In this document: piece by piece, positions 37,443 to 47,057 of the stretch
Position numbering within the stretch: position 1 is the stretch's first letter
How the letters are laid out: each line of letters starts with the position of its first letter
The notes under the pieces: model-generated
Databases searched by the model: none
What the model was told of the DNA's origin: nothing
What the model saw: only the letters and a program-made list of their open reading frames with translations
Made by a program: the position numbers and the translations under genes
Assembly: GCA_016183565.1 (NCBI GenBank)
Contig: JACPEJ010000001.1
Span: forward strand, 422,479-486,478
Origin: Candidatus Blackburnbacteria bacterium
GTDB lineage: Bacteria; Patescibacteriota; Microgenomatia; UBA8517; UBA10165
Reading direction: 5' to 3'
Length of the DNA: 64,000 bases

Positions 37443-38842
37443 TGCATTACTCAAAATACAAGGTGGCGATTGTTGGTTTTGGGGTTGAAGGACAGGATGC
37501 TGCTCGATACTTTTTGGGGCAAGAGAGCAAAAAGATAGTAGTGTTTGATAGAAATCCCGAAGAGAGTTTTAATACAGGGGAGTATGAGAAGAAAGGAGTT
37601 GAGTTTTTCTGCGGTCCGGATTATTTATCTTTGGGTTTGAAGGATTTTGATTACATTGTTCGTTCTCCGGGTGTGTATCGTTACTTGCCAGAAATTGTAG
37701 AAGCAGAAAGGAGTGGTGTTAAAATAATTTCAAACACTCAGCTTTTTTTTGAGGAATCGGAAGCAAATATAATTGGAATAACTGGGACAAAAGGTAAGGG
37801 TACAACAGCAAGGATGCTTGAGGCAGGATTGAAAAGTGCGGGGAAGAAAGTTTTGTTGTTAGGGAATATGGGGACACCGATGCTTGATAGAATTGATGAT
37901 GCGGATACTTTTGATTGGGTAATTTTGGAACTTTCTTCTTTTCAATTGATTGATCTTCCCTATAGTCCTCCGATTGCAATTGTTACAAATATTAAAACGG
38001 ACCATTTGAATTGGCACAAGGACAGAGAAGAATATATACACGCGAAAGAGAATCTTTGGAAGCATCAAAAATCTACTGATTATGTTGTGTTTAATAGAGA
38101 TGATGAGACCTGTCGGGAGTTTGGCAGGAGTGCTGTAGGAAGAGTGATATGGGTTGGGGAAGGGATAGATACAGATACAGATACAGATACAGAAAGAAAA
38201 AGAAAGGGTGGAGTATTTGTGGAAAATGGGGAGGTGGTTGTTCAAGTGAATGAAGTAGTGAATGTTGGCAAGGTTGCAGATTTAAAAGTACCGGGACAAC
38301 ACAATATTGCGAATGCTTTGGGTGCTTTGGTAGGTGGAGTGTTGGCAGGGGGAAATCCAAGTCAGGTTTGGGGGGGGATTTCATCTTTTGAGGGAGTCGA
38401 GCATAGATTAGAAAAAGTTGGAGAGATAGATGGTGTTGTTTATATTAACGATTCGGCAGCAACAACTTCTGAGGCAGCTATTGCTGCTTTGAGGACTTTT
38501 CCAAACCCTAAAGTACTTATTGCCGGTGGATCGCTAAAAGGCGTAGGATTTAAAACACTGGCTCAGGGGATTTTGGAAAATAATGTGAAGAGTGTGATTT
38601 TGATGGGGGAATCTGCGAAAGAGATACAGATACAGATAAAGAAACAGAAGATTAAAGAAGGGGGGAATCTGAAGATTATTAGGGGTATAGAGGAGATGGG
38701 AGAGATAGTTAAGAAGGCAAAGGAGTTGGCAAGGAGCGGTGATATTGTGCTTTTGTCGCCAGGGTGTGCATCGTTTGGACTTTTTAAAGATTATAAGGAT
38801 CGGGGAGATAAGTTTAAGGAAGTGGTGAGTAGGGAAGTATGA
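37442..38842 (+). CDS. murD: UDP-N-acetylmuramoylalanine--D-glutamate ligase
   Basis: 'KVAIVGFGVEGQDAARYF' and P-loop 'GITGTKGKGTTARML'. It contains in-frame (GATACA)n insertions at 38165-38191 (TDTDTDTE) and 38623-38640 (IQIQI). Confidence 0.9.
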   Translation: MHYSKYKVAIVGFGVEGQDAARYFLGQESKKIVVFDRNPEESFNTGEYEKKGVEFFCGPDYLSLGLKDFDYIVRSPGVYRYLPEIVEAERSGVKIISNTQLFFEESEANIIGITGTKGKGTTARMLEAGLKSAGKKVLLLGNMGTPMLDRIDDADTFDWVILELSSFQLIDLPYSPPIAIVTNIKTDHLNWHKDREEYIHAKENLWKHQKSTDYVVFNRDDETCREFGRSAVGRVIWVGEGIDTDTDTDTERKRKGGVFVENGEVVVQVNEVVNVGKVADLKVPGQHNIANALGALVGGVLAGGNPSQVWGGISSFEGVEHRLEKVGEIDGVVYINDSAATTSEAAIAALRTFPNPKVLIAGGSLKGVGFKTLAQGILENNVKSVILMGESAKEIQIQIKKQKIKEGGNLKIIRGIEEMGEIVKKAKELARSGDIVLLSPGCASFGLFKDYKDRGDKFKEVVSREV

Positions 38843-38905
38843 AGTATGAAGCGGCCACTCCCGAGGTGGACGCTGGACGCGGCGATTTTTAGGAAATAGT
38901 GGAAA

Positions 38906-40222
38906 ATGGATAATATGGACAATATTGATAGTATTAAAATTTTAGGTGGGAAACAACTTCGTGGAACAGTTGATGTTTGGGGGGCGAAGAATGTTGTTTC
39001 AAAGCTTATTGTTGCTTCACTTCTGACCTCTGAGTCGTGTATTATCCGCAATGTTTCGTATGTTGCTGACACGGAGTTGATGCTAAATGTGGTTAACTCT
39101 ATAGGCGGAGAAACCGAAAGTGTAGGAGATCGGGCGGTTAAACTTACAACGTCGACTATAAATCCTCTGAACCCACAAAATTTTACTGACATTGCTGGTA
39201 GAAGTCGGATACCAATCTTACTTTGCGGACCGATGCTCCATAGAACTGGGCAAGCTATGATTCCAGCTTTAGGTGGGGACAAAATTGGGGAGCGGGCAGT
39301 TAATTTTCATATCGAAGCAATCCGCAAACTTGGTGCTAAGTGCGAAGAAAGGTCGAACGGATTATATTTTGAAGCAAGGAAGCTTCATGGGGCAGAACTT
39401 CGTCTTGAATATCCAAGCGTTGGTGCAACCGAGCAAATTTTACTCGTGGCCGTGTTGGCTGAAGGTACAACAAGGCTTTTAAATGCAGCGATTGAACCTG
39501 AGGTATTGGATTTGGTTGGGGCGCTCAAGATGATGGGTGCAAAAATCGAGTACATGGGAGAGAGAGTGTTTGTAATAGAAGGAGTTGAGGCTCTTGGGGG
39601 GTTTGATCACACTGCGATTCCCGATCGGTTGGAGATTGCGTCTTGGGCATGTGCTGCCGTTGCTACTGATGGGGAAATTATGGTAAGAAATGCTGGTTCT
39701 GAGCATACGAAGGCTTTTCTTGAAAAGTACACAGAACTTGGTGGAGGATACAAAATATCAGATGAGGGCATTAATTTTTGGCGAGAGAGAGAGGTGTTGC
39801 AACCTGTGAATATTGATACGGATGTTTATCCTGGATTCGCTACTGATTGGCAGCCTCCATTTGTTGTTTGTCTTACCCAAGCTTTAGGAGAGTCGGTTGT
39901 GCATGAGACTGTTTATGAAAACCGGTTTGGATATACAGAAGCTCTTGTTGGAATGGGCGCAAATATTAAATTACAAACTGAGTGTCCCAATGGCCCTTGT
40001 CGGTTTTCGGATAAGTTTTTACATACTGCAATAATTACTGGCCCCAGTAAGCTTTCTCAGACCGATATAGAGGTTCCTGATATTCGTGCCGGGTTTTCGT
40101 ATGTAATTGCAGCTCTTGTGGCTCAGGGTGAGTCAAATATTAGGAATGTTAAAATATTGAGCCGGGGGTATGAAGGTTTTCTTGCTAAGCTACAGGCTTT
40201 GGGTGTAGATGTTGCTTCTTGA
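38906..40222 (+). CDS. murA: UDP-N-acetylglucosamine 1-carboxyvinyltransferase
   Basis: 'KILGGKQLRGTVDVWGAKNVVSKLIVASLL' N-terminus and EPT-fold length. Confidence 0.9.
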   Translation: MDNMDNIDSIKILGGKQLRGTVDVWGAKNVVSKLIVASLLTSESCIIRNVSYVADTELMLNVVNSIGGETESVGDRAVKLTTSTINPLNPQNFTDIAGRSRIPILLCGPMLHRTGQAMIPALGGDKIGERAVNFHIEAIRKLGAKCEERSNGLYFEARKLHGAELRLEYPSVGATEQILLVAVLAEGTTRLLNAAIEPEVLDLVGALKMMGAKIEYMGERVFVIEGVEALGGFDHTAIPDRLEIASWACAAVATDGEIMVRNAGSEHTKAFLEKYTELGGGYKISDEGINFWREREVLQPVNIDTDVYPGFATDWQPPFVVCLTQALGESVVHETVYENRFGYTEALVGMGANIKLQTECPNGPCRFSDKFLHTAIITGPSKLSQTDIEVPDIRAGFSYVIAALVAQGESNIRNVKILSRGYEGFLAKLQALGVDVAS

Positions 40223-40266
40223 CTTCTCGTCTCGCTCCAGACTGATTTTTGAGGTAGAATATAGGT

Positions 40267-40983
40267 ATGGTTTCTAAAAATATCGTACTTGTTCATGGGT
40301 GGGGGGCAGATGTGGAAAAGTTAGCGCCGCTTTCCCGTAGTTTTAAGAAGGAGGGTTGGAATGTGTTTGTGCCTAAACTTCCGGGGTTTGATTTGGTTTC
40401 TCCAAGAGTAGCATGGGGGACAGGTGAGTATGCAGAATATGTTTGGGAGAAGGCTCAGAAGCACTTTTCTGGGGGAAGATTTTTCCTTTTTGGGCATTCT
40501 TTTGGCGGTCGAATAGTTATAAAGCTTGCAGCAAAATATCAAAAAGGACTACCAGGGATAGTACTTTGCGCGACGGGCGGTATTTCTCGGGCGAATCCTG
40601 TAAAGAGGGGAATATTTTTCGTGCTGGCAAAAATGGGCAAGATTTTCCTTGTTTTGCCTGCTGTTTCGGGGATTTGGCAAACAGTTCTTTATAAGTTGGC
40701 CCGCGAGCATGATTATGAGAAGGCAAAGGGAATAATGCGGGAGGTTTTTAAGAAGGTTGTTAGTAAGAATGCGTTGCAAGATTTGCAGGAGATTAGCATT
40801 CCTACTTTGGTTTTGTGGGGTAGAAAAGACAGGATGACGAAAGTTGAGGATGCTTACGAAATAACAAAGAAAGTGAAAGGGTCAGAATTGTTTGTTTTTG
40901 AAAACGAAGGGCACAGACTCCCCTATCGAGAGCCCGATAGGGTAGTTGAGCAAATAAATACATGGGCCAAGAAAATACACTGA
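40267..40983 (+). CDS. Alpha/beta-fold hydrolase
   Basis: 'IVLVHGWGAD' oxyanion region, nucleophile elbow 'LFGHSFGG', and a C-terminal 'GHRLP' His. Confidence 0.75.
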   Translation: MVSKNIVLVHGWGADVEKLAPLSRSFKKEGWNVFVPKLPGFDLVSPRVAWGTGEYAEYVWEKAQKHFSGGRFFLFGHSFGGRIVIKLAAKYQKGLPGIVLCATGGISRANPVKRGIFFVLAKMGKIFLVLPAVSGIWQTVLYKLAREHDYEKAKGIMREVFKKVVSKNALQDLQEISIPTLVLWGRKDRMTKVEDAYEITKKVKGSELFVFENEGHRLPYREPDRVVEQINTWAKKIH

Positions 40984-42578
40984 CCATCTTGCTTTTTTGG
41001 ATACCGCAGGCGATAGAGCAATTGCTTCTATGGGTTTATTGGTGGCAAACGAAGGAATATAGGATAGATAGATTCCAAGTTTTGTTTTATACCTTTGAGG
41101 GAAGGAAGAACTTGGGGTTAAGTTCTATTGCAATTAAGCTTGCTATTTTGGGTGTTTCTTACTATTGGGGTAATTATCTTTTGCTTTTTGCCTTCTTTTC
41201 GTTTTTGGATATTAACTTCCTCTTAAATATTGTACGACACAAGGTGCGCAGGCCGGTTTTTACCTTGCGTGCTAAGGAACTTTTTGCAACTGGGATTTTT
41301 GGTGTGCTGCTTGTTGTTCTCTTGGTTTGGGGTGGATTTGCAGATTTTGTTTTTACATTAACCCTGGGAGAATTGTTTGTACTCTTAGCTCCTATTGTAG
41401 GGATAATTTGGACGTCACCCTTGGTATTTATTTCTAAAATTAGAGCGATTGGTCACGCTAAAAAAGTCTTGTCGACAGTTAAACCGATTGTTATTGGCGT
41501 AACCGGCAGTTACGGTAAGACGACAACTAAGGAGTTTATCGCGCACCTCTTATCATTTAAATACAAAGTTGTAAAAACAGAGAAAAGTGAGAACACGGAA
41601 TTTGGGGTAGCAAGACGAATTGTTGACTCTCTTAAGAAGGGTACTCAGATGTTGGTTGTAGAGATTGGGGCTTACAGGCGGGGAGAGATAAGACGGGTAG
41701 CTAATATTGTGCGACCCCAGTTGGCGATTGTTACTGGTGTTGAGCCCCAGCATTTTGCTTTGTTTGGGAGTTTGGAAGCGATAAATAAGGCTAAGTATGA
41801 ATTGGTTCAGAGTCTCCCCGACAAAGGACTTGCGATTTTTAATTACTCGAACCAACAGTGCAGGATTGTGGCACGTTGGGCAAGGAGGGATGGCAAAACA
41901 GTGGTTGGGTATGAGTTGAATGGGAAAGGGAGAAGGGAGAAGGGAGAAGGGAGAAGGGAGAAGGCAAGTGTGGTGGCACGGATTTTGTCGGCAGATTATA
42001 AAGGGGTTACGTTTGAAGTAAGTGAGGGGGATAAAAAACCTAAAAATTTGTTTGCTCCTGTACCGGGGGTTCATTTTGTAGAAAATTTAACTGGAGCTAT
42101 TTTGGTTGCCCGTAAATTAGGTGTGAATTGGGTTCAAATTGCTAAAGGTTGCAAGACGCTTGTAGTGCCCGAGGGAACTATGACTTTACGTCAAAACCGC
42201 AAGTTAACAATAATTGATGATTCTTATAATTCTACACCTCTAGGTTTTATATCCGCCATAGAATACTTATCTTTGTTGGATACAGAAGAAAAAGTAGTTA
42301 TCACTCCTGGTATTATTGAATTAGGGAAACTGTCTGATCGTATACATCAAGATCTTGGGCGAAGAATGGCACACGTTGTTGACAGAATCATTTTAACTAA
42401 TAGTGATGTTGCCAAAAGTTTTAAGAAAGGGCTTGGCAGTCGAGCTCGCATACTAGAAATTGTAGAAAATGCCGATTCATTAGCCCAAAGTATAAATAAT
42501 CTTGTAAATAAAAAAAGCGTGGTGCTTATAGAGGGTAGAATTCCTCAAAAAATGATGGATTTTTTTAAGAAAAAATGA
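40962..42578 (+). CDS. murF: Mur ligase, MurF-like (UDP-MurNAc-tripeptide--D-Ala-D-Ala ligase) with an unusual ~170-aa N-terminal polytopic membrane extension
   Basis: P-loop 'VIGVTGSYGKTTTKEF' is typical of MurF. The N-terminal 170 aa are strongly hydrophobic. An in-frame (GGGAGA)n repeat at 41926-41962 encodes GKGRREKGEGRREK. Confidence 0.6.
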   Translation: MGQENTLTILLFWIPQAIEQLLLWVYWWQTKEYRIDRFQVLFYTFEGRKNLGLSSIAIKLAILGVSYYWGNYLLLFAFFSFLDINFLLNIVRHKVRRPVFTLRAKELFATGIFGVLLVVLLVWGGFADFVFTLTLGELFVLLAPIVGIIWTSPLVFISKIRAIGHAKKVLSTVKPIVIGVTGSYGKTTTKEFIAHLLSFKYKVVKTEKSENTEFGVARRIVDSLKKGTQMLVVEIGAYRRGEIRRVANIVRPQLAIVTGVEPQHFALFGSLEAINKAKYELVQSLPDKGLAIFNYSNQQCRIVARWARRDGKTVVGYELNGKGRREKGEGRREKASVVARILSADYKGVTFEVSEGDKKPKNLFAPVPGVHFVENLTGAILVARKLGVNWVQIAKGCKTLVVPEGTMTLRQNRKLTIIDDSYNSTPLGFISAIEYLSLLDTEEKVVITPGIIELGKLSDRIHQDLGRRMAHVVDRIILTNSDVAKSFKKGLGSRARILEIVENADSLAQSINNLVNKKSVVLIEGRIPQKMMDFFKKK

Positions 42579-43885
42579 TGCGACCAATCATAATCTCATT
42601 ATCGCCCAACACGGAAAGAGATGACGTACTCCTTGCTATCAAAGTTCTTTTCTCTCCATGGTTATGGTTTTCAAAAAGAAACATTCATCTTTTAGAAGAA
42701 AAGTTCCCAAAAATGTTTAGTGGTAATTACAAGTCGTTTGCGACAAATAGCGGACGCAGTGCTCTTTATCTTATCTTAAAAAGTTTAGGAGTTAAAAAGG
42801 ACGATGAGGTTTTATTACAAGCGTTTACTTGTATAGCAGTTCCTAATGCTATTTTGTGGGCTGGAGCTATTCCTGTTTATGTTGATATTGACGAGACTTA
42901 CAACATTGACCCTAAAGATTTAGAGAAAAAAATTACCAAAAAAACAAAAGCGATTATTGTTCAACATACGTTTGGGATTCTTGGGGATGTGGGAGCAATA
43001 AAACGGATTGCTAGAAAAAATAATCTTGTTCTTATAGAAGATTGTGCACATAGCCTGGGAGCTACTTTTAATGGGAAAAGGGTCGGTACTTTAGGCGATG
43101 TAGCATTTTTCAGTTTTGGACGGGATAAAATTTTGTCCTCTGTTTTTGGCGGAATGATACTTGTTAAGACACAGACACAGACAGAGATACAGATACAGAT
43201 ACAGAAGATGTTCAATACACTAAAGTGGCCAAATACACTTTGGGGAATACAACAGCTGTTGCATCCGATTGCGTTTTCTGTTATTTTGCCACTCTATAAT
43301 AGCGGGTTGGGTAAATTAATTTTACTTATACTTCAAAAGTTTCACTTTCTTTCACGCGCTGTGTGCGAAGAAGAAAAAAGAGGTGAACAACCAAAGACAT
43401 TTCCTTCCAGGATGCCACCTGCGTTGTCTGTTTTGGCAATTAAACAATTAACAAAACTTGAAAGGTTTAATCGGCATCGTAGGGAGATAGCTAAGCTCTA
43501 TTTTTCAAAGTTTGCTAATATAGTTAAGGTTTTACCGCCAGATGTGAGTGGTGCAGTTTGGTTGAGGTTTCCAATAAGTATAAACGATGCTTTCGGTTTA
43601 ATAAGTTATGCTAAGAGGCGAGGAATTCTGTTTGGTGATTGGTACAAGAGTGTGGTTATGCCAGCAGAGAACTTGAGTAAAGTTGGTTACACATTTGGTA
43701 CTTGTCCGAATGCAGAAAAATTGTCAAAAATGGTGGTAAATTTGCCGACATACCCGGGGATGAAGGTAGAAGAGGTACTAAAGGTAGTAGAAGTAGTACG
43801 GGAGTGGGAGGGGGAGGAAGGTAAAAGGGGTGGAAAGGGTAATAGGGGTAGTAGAGGAATGGATGGGGCAACAGAGGTAGTATGA
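42575..43885 (+). CDS. DegT/DnrJ/EryC1/StrS-family PLP-dependent aminotransferase
   Basis: 'SGRSALYLILKSLGV...EVLLQAFTCIAVPNAI...AIIVQHTFG' matches the fold-type I sugar aminotransferase family. There is an in-frame (GAYACA)n insertion (TQTQTEIQIQIQ) at 43169-43206 and a Gly/Arg-rich C-terminal tail. Confidence 0.7.
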   Translation: MMRPIIISLSPNTERDDVLLAIKVLFSPWLWFSKRNIHLLEEKFPKMFSGNYKSFATNSGRSALYLILKSLGVKKDDEVLLQAFTCIAVPNAILWAGAIPVYVDIDETYNIDPKDLEKKITKKTKAIIVQHTFGILGDVGAIKRIARKNNLVLIEDCAHSLGATFNGKRVGTLGDVAFFSFGRDKILSSVFGGMILVKTQTQTEIQIQIQKMFNTLKWPNTLWGIQQLLHPIAFSVILPLYNSGLGKLILLILQKFHFLSRAVCEEEKRGEQPKTFPSRMPPALSVLAIKQLTKLERFNRHRREIAKLYFSKFANIVKVLPPDVSGAVWLRFPISINDAFGLISYAKRRGILFGDWYKSVVMPAENLSKVGYTFGTCPNAEKLSKMVVNLPTYPGMKVEEVLKVVEVVREWEGEEGKRGGKGNRGSRGMDGATEVV

Positions 43886-44901
43886 AATGTAGGGTAGAAG
43901 AGATTATAGACAAAGAAGTGTGGGATGGGTTTGTTTTGTCCCAGAAACCACAGTCTTTCTTGCAGTCGTGGAATTGGGGGGAGACGCAGAGATTGGTTGG
44001 TCACAAGATATTTCGACTCGGAATTTTTGATGGTGATTCTCTCCAGGGTGTTTGTTTGGCGATTCTAGAGGAAGCTCGGCGCGGTCCGCATTTGGTTGTA
44101 CCGGGGGGGCCTATTGTTAATTGGGGAGAGCTGGGGATAGTTAGGGAGGTTATAGACATTTTAGCTAGCTTGGCGAGAAGTGAGAAGGTGTGGTTTGTGA
44201 GGGTAAGGCCGGAACTTTTAGATAACAGTGAAGCCAAGCGATTGTTTAGTAGGTTAAACTTTGTTCCTGCTCCGATGCATCTTCATGCTGAAAATACTTG
44301 GGTACTTAATATTGACCGATCGGAGGAGGAGATTTTAGCCGGTATGCGCAAAACTACACGTTATTTAGTACGGCAGAGTTTGAAGATGGGGCTTGTTGTT
44401 GAGCAATATACAGACCCCGCAGATGTAAAAGTTTTAACCCGGCTTCAAGAGGAGACAGTCAGGAGACATAAATTTGTGCCTTTTTCGGAAAAACTTTTTG
44501 GGGCGCAGTTGGAAACTTTTGGCAAAGATGGGGAGGGTTCGCTTTTTGTTTGCAAGAAGGGGGAAGAGGAGGTGGCGGCTGCGATTATTATATTTTATGG
44601 TGATATTGCTTACTACCATCATAGTGGGTCGACTTCCAATTATAGAAATCTTCCCTTCTCTTATTTTCTGCAATGGAATATAATTCAAGAAGCAAGAAAA
44701 AGAGGGTGTAAATTCTACAATTTTTGGGGGATTGCGCCAACAGACGACCTCAAACATAGGTTTGCGGGGGTTACGGTTTTTAAAAAAGGGTTTGGAGGAG
44801 AGAGGATAGACTGGTTGCATGCCCAAGATCTTCCGATTTCGCCTCTTTACTGGTTGACTTATGGATTTGAGACAACACGGAAAGTTATGAGAAGATTGTG
44901 A
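43882..44901 (+). CDS. FemAB-family peptidyltransferase (FemX-like, aminoacyl-tRNA-dependent peptidoglycan branch addition)
   Basis: The size and spacing of conserved residues ('QSWNWGE', 'YYHHSGSTSNYRNLPFSYFLQWNIIQEARKRGCKFYNFWGI') match the FemX/FemAB family. Confidence 0.6.
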   Translation: MKCRVEEIIDKEVWDGFVLSQKPQSFLQSWNWGETQRLVGHKIFRLGIFDGDSLQGVCLAILEEARRGPHLVVPGGPIVNWGELGIVREVIDILASLARSEKVWFVRVRPELLDNSEAKRLFSRLNFVPAPMHLHAENTWVLNIDRSEEEILAGMRKTTRYLVRQSLKMGLVVEQYTDPADVKVLTRLQEETVRRHKFVPFSEKLFGAQLETFGKDGEGSLFVCKKGEEEVAAAIIIFYGDIAYYHHSGSTSNYRNLPFSYFLQWNIIQEARKRGCKFYNFWGIAPTDDLKHRFAGVTVFKKGFGGERIDWLHAQDLPISPLYWLTYGFETTRKVMRRL

Positions 44902-44902
44902 T

Positions 44903-45958
44903 ATGAGTACACCAAGTATTCTGCCCTTGGCTTTAGGTTTGGTTATTTTTTCGTTTTTAATAACTGGTATTTTGGTTGTTCCTTTTATTGATCTTCTTTA
45001 CAAATTGAAGCTGACTAGGCGGCGGGAGGCGCCCACTAAAGGCAAAGTCCCTCTCTTTGATCGACTTCACGATATAAAAGTCGGCACGCCGGTTGGAGGG
45101 GGAATACTTTTGATTTTGGTTGTGTCACTTCTTTTTGCGGCGGTATTTCCTTTGGCTTCTTATTTGGGGGTTTTTGTACAGAGTGCTTACGTTTTGAGAA
45201 CCGAACTTTTTGTAATATTTTTTACGTTTATTTCGTTTGGTCTTCTAGGATTATCGGATGATCTTGTCAAAATGTTTGGAAAACCTAGGCAGGGGAGTGT
45301 GGGAATGTGGGTAGGTTTGAGCAGAAGGAGTAAATTTGTTGTGCAGTGGATGTTGGCTTTTGCAATTGGCTTTGTTATTTATAGGGATTTGGGAATACAT
45401 ATTTTTCATGTACCTTTTGTTGGAAAGGTTTTTGATTTGGGAATATTTTATGTTCCGTTTTCGGCTTTTATGATTGTGGCGTTTACGAATGCTTTTAATA
45501 TTACTGATGGTTTGGATGGGTTGGCATCCGGGCTTTTGATGATTTGTCTTATTGCTTTTGGGGTGATTGCTGCGGGGAGTTTGGATACTCCCCTTTCTAT
45601 TTTTATTGCATTGTGGTTGGGTGCACTTCTTGCATTTTTGTATTTTAACGTTTGGCCGGCAAGAATTTTTCTTGGGGATGCTGGGTCTCTTTCTTTTGGG
45701 GCAACATTGGCTGTTTTGGGAATACTGACTGGTAGTATTATTGCTTTGGTGATAATAGGAGGAGTTTTTGTTGTGGAGATTGTTTCTGCTCTTATTCAGA
45801 TGATGGGTTGGAGGTTTCTCAAAAGGCCGATTTTCCCTCTTGCGCCTTTACATAATACTCTTCTTGCGATTGGTTGGGAGGAGCCAAAGATAGTAGCTAG
45901 AGCTTGGTTGGCGGGAATTATTTTAGCTGTCTTTGGGCTTTGGCTTTCGTTTATGTAA
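44903..45958 (+). CDS. mraY: Phospho-N-acetylmuramoyl-pentapeptide-transferase
   Basis: 'NAFNITDGLDGLASG' aspartate-rich motif and 10-TM topology. Confidence 0.9.
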   Translation: MSTPSILPLALGLVIFSFLITGILVVPFIDLLYKLKLTRRREAPTKGKVPLFDRLHDIKVGTPVGGGILLILVVSLLFAAVFPLASYLGVFVQSAYVLRTELFVIFFTFISFGLLGLSDDLVKMFGKPRQGSVGMWVGLSRRSKFVVQWMLAFAIGFVIYRDLGIHIFHVPFVGKVFDLGIFYVPFSAFMIVAFTNAFNITDGLDGLASGLLMICLIAFGVIAAGSLDTPLSIFIALWLGALLAFLYFNVWPARIFLGDAGSLSFGATLAVLGILTGSIIALVIIGGVFVVEIVSALIQMMGWRFLKRPIFPLAPLHNTLLAIGWEEPKIVARAWLAGIILAVFGLWLSFM

Positions 45959-47046
45959 AATGGGAGATAGTGAAACCTCAGGTTAACAGGATTGATAGGC
46001 CATTTCTTATAGCCCTTCTTTTATTGGTTTTTTTTGGTGTAGCGATGGTGTTTGATGCCTCGGCTGCAGACGGCGCAAGAAGTTTTAATGACAAGTTCTT
46101 TTATGTTAAGCGGCAAGTTCTTTGGATTAGTATTGGGATGGTTGTTATGTTTGTTTTCTCAAGAATCAAATATTCTTTTTGGGAAAAAACAGCTGTACCT
46201 TTTTTGCTTTTGGCTTTAGTTTTGTTGGTTTTGGTTCTTATACCAGGTCTTGGGATAGAGGCACTTGGTGCAAGAAGAAGGATGTCTTTAGGTTCGATAG
46301 GTATCCAACCTTCAGAGCTTGCGAAGTTGGCGATGAGTATTTTTTTATCGGCTTCCCTTTCAAGAAGCACAACAGTTATTCGTTTTTTGGTACCTCTTGT
46401 TCTGGTATGTAGTTTGGTGGTTGTTGAACCGGATTTGGGTACGACAACGATTATCGCCGGAATGGGTTTTTTGGTGTATTTTACAAGCGGTGCTCCTATT
46501 TTTCATTTTGTGTCACTTGGTGGAGGAGCGGGTCTATTGGCATTAATTCTTGCTTTTACCTCTTCTTATCGGCGCGAAAGAATAATGACTTTTTTAAATC
46601 CACATGTTGATCCGGTTAATACGTCGTATCACATTAGACAAGTGCTTATTGCATTAGGGTCTGGGGGTATTTTTGGTTTAGGGTTGGGACAATCGAGACA
46701 AAAGCAGCTTTTTTTGCCAGAGCCTGCTACGGACTCTATTTTTGCTATAATTGCTGAGGAGTTAGGTTTTTTGGGTTCGGTTCTTGTTTTGGTTCTTTTT
46801 ATGTTCTTGATTTGGAGGGGTTTTGCGATTGCGGCTAGGGCTCAAGATCAGTTTGGGAGGTTGCTTGCCGTTGCTATTACCTCATGGATTGCAATTCAAA
46901 CTATTATAAACTTGTCCGCGATGGTTGCGCTTGTTCCTTTGACAGGTATTCCCCTTCCGTTTGTTTCTTATGGAGGGTCTTCTTTGATTGTTCTTCTTGG
47001 GGCAGTGGGCATTCTTTTGAATATTTCAAAATATTGTAGAAAGTAA
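45904..47046 (+). CDS. ftsW: SEDS-family peptidoglycan polymerase FtsW
   Basis: 'GARRRMSLGSIGIQPSELAKLAM' and SEDS topology. The true start may be the in-frame GTG at 45970, since the ATG at 45904 overlaps mraY by 55 nt. Confidence 0.8.
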   Translation: MVGGNYFSCLWALAFVYVKWEIVKPQVNRIDRPFLIALLLLVFFGVAMVFDASAADGARSFNDKFFYVKRQVLWISIGMVVMFVFSRIKYSFWEKTAVPFLLLALVLLVLVLIPGLGIEALGARRRMSLGSIGIQPSELAKLAMSIFLSASLSRSTTVIRFLVPLVLVCSLVVVEPDLGTTTIIAGMGFLVYFTSGAPIFHFVSLGGGAGLLALILAFTSSYRRERIMTFLNPHVDPVNTSYHIRQVLIALGSGGIFGLGLGQSRQKQLFLPEPATDSIFAIIAEELGFLGSVLVLVLFMFLIWRGFAIAARAQDQFGRLLAVAITSWIAIQTIINLSAMVALVPLTGIPLPFVSYGGSSLIVLLGAVGILLNISKYCRK

Positions 47047-47057
47047 AAGAAGTAAAA

